A DNA stretch of 39,044 bases from Treponema sp. (GTDB lineage: Bacteria > Spirochaetota > Spirochaetia > Treponematales > Treponemataceae), in contig JAILDQ010000190.1 in the NCBI GenBank assembly GCA_024689365.1, forward strand, positions 1 through 39,044, given 5' to 3'. The position numbers and the translations under genes are program-made. Position 1 is the first letter of the stretch; every line of letters begins with the position of its first letter. A model generated the notes under the pieces. It had not been told where the DNA came from. It worked only from the letters and a program-made list of their open reading frames with translations, and did not search any database. This document shows, piece after piece, positions 35,557-39,044 of this stretch.

Positions 35557-37619
35557 CTCCCTATGAATTTCTTAGAATAGGATTCGTAATAGGCGACTTG
35601 CCTTGAATCCATTTGGCTTTCGTAGTCATGCATGAAGTCCAAGTCCTCGCGGCTAAGATGTCCGCCCGCGTGGTATTGGTTCAAGGTCCATTCGTAGCGC
35701 TCGCGCTCGTCGTAGAAGACCGGCCGCGACTGCGCCCGCTTTAGCGACTCGCTTCCAATTCGCTCGGCCACTCCCTCAAGGAAGTCTTCCTGCGAAAGGC
35801 TCTCTTCCCTGCGGTTGAACGACATGGGCATCTCTCCGTAGTCGTCCTTTTGGCGGCTCACGCTCCGCGGAATCTCTTGGCTTTCAAGCGGCTCCGCGTC
35901 AATTTTTCTTACAACGGCGGGAACAGGCTCCGGCTCCTTTTTGCTTTCAAGCCTATAGTCCGACGCCTGGGCTAGCTCCTCCGACTTTCTAAGCTCGGCG
36001 AATTTTTGCGGCTCGGAAAGGACGCGGACGCTCTTGTCGCCAGTGGCGATTTTGAACGCTTCCTGAACGGCGCGCATGTTGCGCTTTTTCCATTCAAGCT
36101 GCTCCACGACTTCCCGCTCGTCGAGCATGTCTATTTTCTTGACAGGGCGAAGAGCGATTGCGTGGTTTGTTCCAGGCTCTATCGCGAAAACGCCCAAGGC
36201 CAAGTTTTCCGGGTCGTAGCGGACTTCCACCTTTTGGCGGTTGTAGGCGACGAGCGTTCCCCGGTTTTGCAAGACCATTTCTTGCGTGAGGTCGGGGCCG
36301 ATGTATTCCACGCCGTTAAGCTCTATTCTGTCTCCCTTCACTTGGCGCATGGCGCTTTCCATAAAGAGGTAGGCTTCGTCGCGCGGGTCTATCATCGTCG
36401 GCATCCATCCTTCGCGCTTGCATTCCTCCAGCCGTTCCTTTGGCGAGCAGCCGAGCGACGAATGGACGCGGCTTTCGTAGATGTCCAAGGCGCGGACGAC
36501 GCATTTGACGAAGTCGTCGTAGCCCAGAATGCAGCCGTTCTTTTTTTGCCACTCAAGCCGCTTGGCCGCCTGCTCCTCTTCCGGCGCGGAAATCGCCAAG
36601 CCTTTTACAAGGCCTGGCAAGCACTGGTCGCGCAGGATTTGCTCCAGCGTGTTGAAGAAGCGCTCGATGGGCTTTGTCTTGGCGTTCTTTACGCGGGCGA
36701 AAATGCGGCGGTGCTTCTTTTCCCATTCAGCCTTTGACTGCGCCACGTCAACAACAAGGCCTTCCGTGTCCTCCACGATGTAGCGATTGTTTTCGGCTTG
36801 GTACAAGTCGGCCTCGTCAAGGAAGCGCACTCCGTAATTCTGCAAGCGCTGAACGATGTCGTCCGCGAGCTTCGACTTCTCGCTGGATCCGTTGTCGTTG
36901 TACGTGCTCTCGAACTTGCCGAAGCGCTTGATTCCCATCCGCAAGGCCCGCGTGACAGTGCGCGTGTTGTAGGCGATGTCGAAGCTGATTCCGTAGACAA
37001 GGCGGGTGGCCATGTCAAGCCAGAGGTAGCATTCGGCGCGGATGTACTTGTCCTTGTCGCCTTTGGCGTAAGGGTTCTCGCACCAAAAGTCAAAGATGTG
37101 CTGGTCGCCTACAATCAGCTGGAATGGCTTTAGCTTGGACAGGTCGCGGCTTATGTAGAACATATTGTCCAGCGCGCGCTGCCCGCCCTTGGCGAGCATC
37201 TTCATCGCCGGACTTATGTTCCTGGCGTGAACGTAGGCGCTCGCCTCGCTTCCGATGCTCCAGCCCTGGCGCTCGGCTTCCGCCTTGGCGCACCTGTAGG
37301 CGTTGCGCACCGTGCATCCGCCCACTTCCTTTATGGCCGCGAGCAGAAAGTTTGTGAAGAAACTCAAGGCCTCGTCGTCCCAAGCGAACACGTGCCGCCC
37401 CTGCCTTCCGGCGGGAAGAGCGAACATCGAGCCGTTGGCCATGCGGCGCACGTAGCGCTGGACGGTCGGAACCGAAATGTTGAACTTGCGCGCTATCGCC
37501 TCGTAAGCCTTGGCCTTGGAAACGAGCGGGCTGCGCTTCCTGAATTCGTCGTAGACGGCCGCGCGGAGGGGAAACTTTTTGTCTGTAACCGGAAAAACGG
37601 TTCTGACAGTTCCGCTCAT
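35553..37619 (-). CDS. MuA-like DDE transposase
   Basis: N-terminal HTH, IVGDQH (D), YNDNG (D), KPIERFF (E), HSSLGCSP, Mu-transposase C-terminal barrel (VEVRYDP). Confidence 0.93.
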   Translation of the reverse strand: MSGTVRTVFPVTDKKFPLRAAVYDEFRKRSPLVSKAKAYEAIARKFNISVPTVQRYVRRMANGSMFALPAGRQGRHVFAWDDEALSFFTNFLLAAIKEVGGCTVRNAYRCAKAEAERQGWSIGSEASAYVHARNISPAMKMLAKGGQRALDNMFYISRDLSKLKPFQLIVGDQHIFDFWCENPYAKGDKDKYIRAECYLWLDMATRLVYGISFDIAYNTRTVTRALRMGIKRFGKFESTYNDNGSSEKSKLADDIVQRLQNYGVRFLDEADLYQAENNRYIVEDTEGLVVDVAQSKAEWEKKHRRIFARVKNAKTKPIERFFNTLEQILRDQCLPGLVKGLAISAPEEEQAAKRLEWQKKNGCILGYDDFVKCVVRALDIYESRVHSSLGCSPKERLEECKREGWMPTMIDPRDEAYLFMESAMRQVKGDRIELNGVEYIGPDLTQEMVLQNRGTLVAYNRQKVEVRYDPENLALGVFAIEPGTNHAIALRPVKKIDMLDEREVVEQLEWKKRNMRAVQEAFKIATGDKSVRVLSEPQKFAELRKSEELAQASDYRLESKKEPEPVPAVVRKIDAEPLESQEIPRSVSRQKDDYGEMPMSFNRREESLSQEDFLEGVAERIGSESLKRAQSRPVFYDERERYEWTLNQYHAGGHLSREDLDFMHDYESQMDSRQVAYYESYSKKFIGR

Positions 37620-38407
37620 GAGGCGACTCCGCTGAAGGCGTTGAGCTCTTTGTCCTGCTCGGCGATTTCATTAACAAGCTGGCGCACCCGCAAGCCTATG
37701 TTGCAGACCGCGGCAAGTCGCGTTTGAGGATTCTCAAAGCTGGAAAGGAACGCCGTTAGAATGTCGAACACTTCAAGCTGAGCCTTCATCTGCTCCTTTG
37801 TCTCAAGGTTGATTTTTGTATACATCCTTCCGTTCTTGAGAAGCGTCTGCGAGAAGTAGTCGTCGTTTCCCCAGTTGAGCTTGATTTTTTGCTTGCCCCA
37901 CACGCGGGCAAGTTCGGCGAAGCGCTCGTTGTCCTTGCGGCGCTTGTATTCGCGCTCATGCTCGTCCGTCCATCCGGCCAAGCGCTCGCCGGTAGCCATC
38001 GCGTGGGCCACAAGCCGCTCGAATTCGCTTTGGGCTTCGAGCAGTTCCGGCGCGTTTTCCTTGGGAGGAGCGGAAAGCTCTTCCGGCGTCCGCACCTTGT
38101 CTTCCACCGGATCGTAGAGCTTGAGCCACAGGTAGGCGGTCTTTTTGGAAATGCCGACCAGTCCAAGGAAGTCGCAGAAGCCGAACGTCTGGGCGTCCTC
38201 GCTGCGGCGGTCGCCGCCCCTTTGGGCAAGCGCCTCGTGCGCTATGAAAAGGTCGCGGGCGACGTCCACGGAAGCCTTTCGCAGCCTCTCCACCTTGGGG
38301 CGCAGCTTTTCGACCGCGCTTTCCATGTTCCAAGAGTCGATTTGCTTTTGGAAGGGAAAGACCTGCTCCGGCGTTAGGCTTGTGTTTGACGGTACAATTT
38401 CGTTCAT
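37616..38407 (-). CDS. Phage protein, DUF3102-like DNA-binding candidate
   Basis: GGDRRS motif, FCDFL..VGISKKTAYLWLKLY HTH-like segment; ATGA-coupled to transposase. Confidence 0.55.
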   Translation of the reverse strand: MNEIVPSNTSLTPEQVFPFQKQIDSWNMESAVEKLRPKVERLRKASVDVARDLFIAHEALAQRGGDRRSEDAQTFGFCDFLGLVGISKKTAYLWLKLYDPVEDKVRTPEELSAPPKENAPELLEAQSEFERLVAHAMATGERLAGWTDEHEREYKRRKDNERFAELARVWGKQKIKLNWGNDDYFSQTLLKNGRMYTKINLETKEQMKAQLEVFDILTAFLSSFENPQTRLAAVCNIGLRVRQLVNEIAEQDKELNAFSGVAS

Positions 38408-38468
38408 TTTTGATTAGCTCCTTTGCCGGCTGGAGCCGACATCCAGAAGACTCCAGCCATTGTTTTTG

Positions 38469-38951
38469 TCACGCGGCGGCTTCGGGAATTGTCCTTTCGG
38501 CGGCTTTGCAGTAGAATGTTTCCTCGCCGGGAACAAGGCTGACATGGAATTTCTTTTGCTGGGCGGCATCGAAATTTTTCAAGGCGGCCTTGACCGGCTC
38601 TTTTTTGACCTTCACGCAGTTTTGGAAGCCGGCCTTGATGAGCAGGTCGGCCGTGTCCTCGGAAACCTCCACCTTGTCGGGGTTTTGGCGGTAGCCGATT
38701 GTTCCGTTGATGAACTCGCGGCTTTTCTTTCCGTCCTCGTAGATTTTTGAGCGGTTGGCGTCCGAGTAATCCTTGAGCGCGGCCAAAAGTTTTTCGCGCT
38801 CGGCCGCGAGCGGAGCGGACATTCTGGCCGCCTCTTCGTTGGCCTTGTTGATTGCCACGGTCGCCGTGTTGTCGATGGCGCGGATTTCCGCGTCAATCTG
38901 GGCCACGCACTTGATTGTCTCCTCGACATCCTGAAGGCTTTTGATTTTCAT
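38469..38951 (-). CDS. gam: Mu Gam-family host-nuclease inhibitor
   Basis: IKSLQDVE, coiled coil, KKSREFINGTIGYR, VKVKKEPVKAALK, ETFY. Confidence 0.9.
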   Translation of the reverse strand: MKIKSLQDVEETIKCVAQIDAEIRAIDNTATVAINKANEEAARMSAPLAAEREKLLAALKDYSDANRSKIYEDGKKSREFINGTIGYRQNPDKVEVSEDTADLLIKAGFQNCVKVKKEPVKAALKNFDAAQQKKFHVSLVPGEETFYCKAAERTIPEAAA

Positions 38952-39007
38952 AATTTCCCCCTATGCGCGAATTCCTTTTTCGCGCTATAATGAATTTTGT
39001 TTTGCGT

Positions 39008-39044
39008 CACGCGGCGGGCTTTCCGCCGTCGCTGACATCCGGCT
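39008..39044 (-). CDS. C-terminal end of upstream phage ORF (partial)
   Basis: Frame reads ..PDVSDGGKPAA-TGA; only 11 complete codons visible. Confidence 0.4.

Larger units (their letters stand above)
31695..39044 (-). mobile_element. Mu-like transposable prophage, one terminus plus early region (continues beyond window)
   Basis: TG terminus at break in host gene; DDE transposase, MuB-like ATPase, GemA, Gam, DUF2786 in one operon. Confidence 0.88.

Noticed and set aside
34657-37619. Tn7-like or CAST TnsB-TnsC pair
   Set aside because: No TniQ/TnsD or Cas in view; Gam, GemA and the HTH-bearing ATPase indicate a Mu-like element
35553-38929. Long overlapping and antisense ORFs (e.g. 36006-36737, 37090-37677, 37889-38377)
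   Set aside because: Shadow frames of GC-rich real genes; no SD or motifs

Overview
Treponema-like spirochaete chromosome segment; the taxon is inferred from the long archaeal-type PheS, the M23-bactofilin-DUF327-PSP1 locus and a spirochaete-style lipobox. Bases 1 to about 31.0 kb are mostly housekeeping: acyl-ACP thioesterase fragment, parAB, mscS, nth, metK, pheS, rhomboid, GAF-GGDEF cyclase, dusB, tatD and an RND-MFP-TolC pump. This part also holds a 5.4-kb module (secreted tandem-domain protein, NarL-type two-component system, GH5 lipoprotein) whose two outer genes share an identically placed palindromic operator. From about 31695 to the window end lies one terminus of a Mu-like transposable prophage inserted into, and truncating, an MBL-fold hydrolase gene. 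Its early operon (gam, DUF3102-like gene, transposase, MuB-like ATPase, gemA, small genes) is transcribed outward toward the terminus, unlike phage Mu. The most novel signal is two copies (19085-19197, 30847-30960) of an approximately 113-nt long-hairpin element with a conserved core, compensatory base changes, unrelated arm sequences and a downstream duplicate of the left arm. Several host genes appear leaderless. All calls come from reading the sequence; no searches were run.
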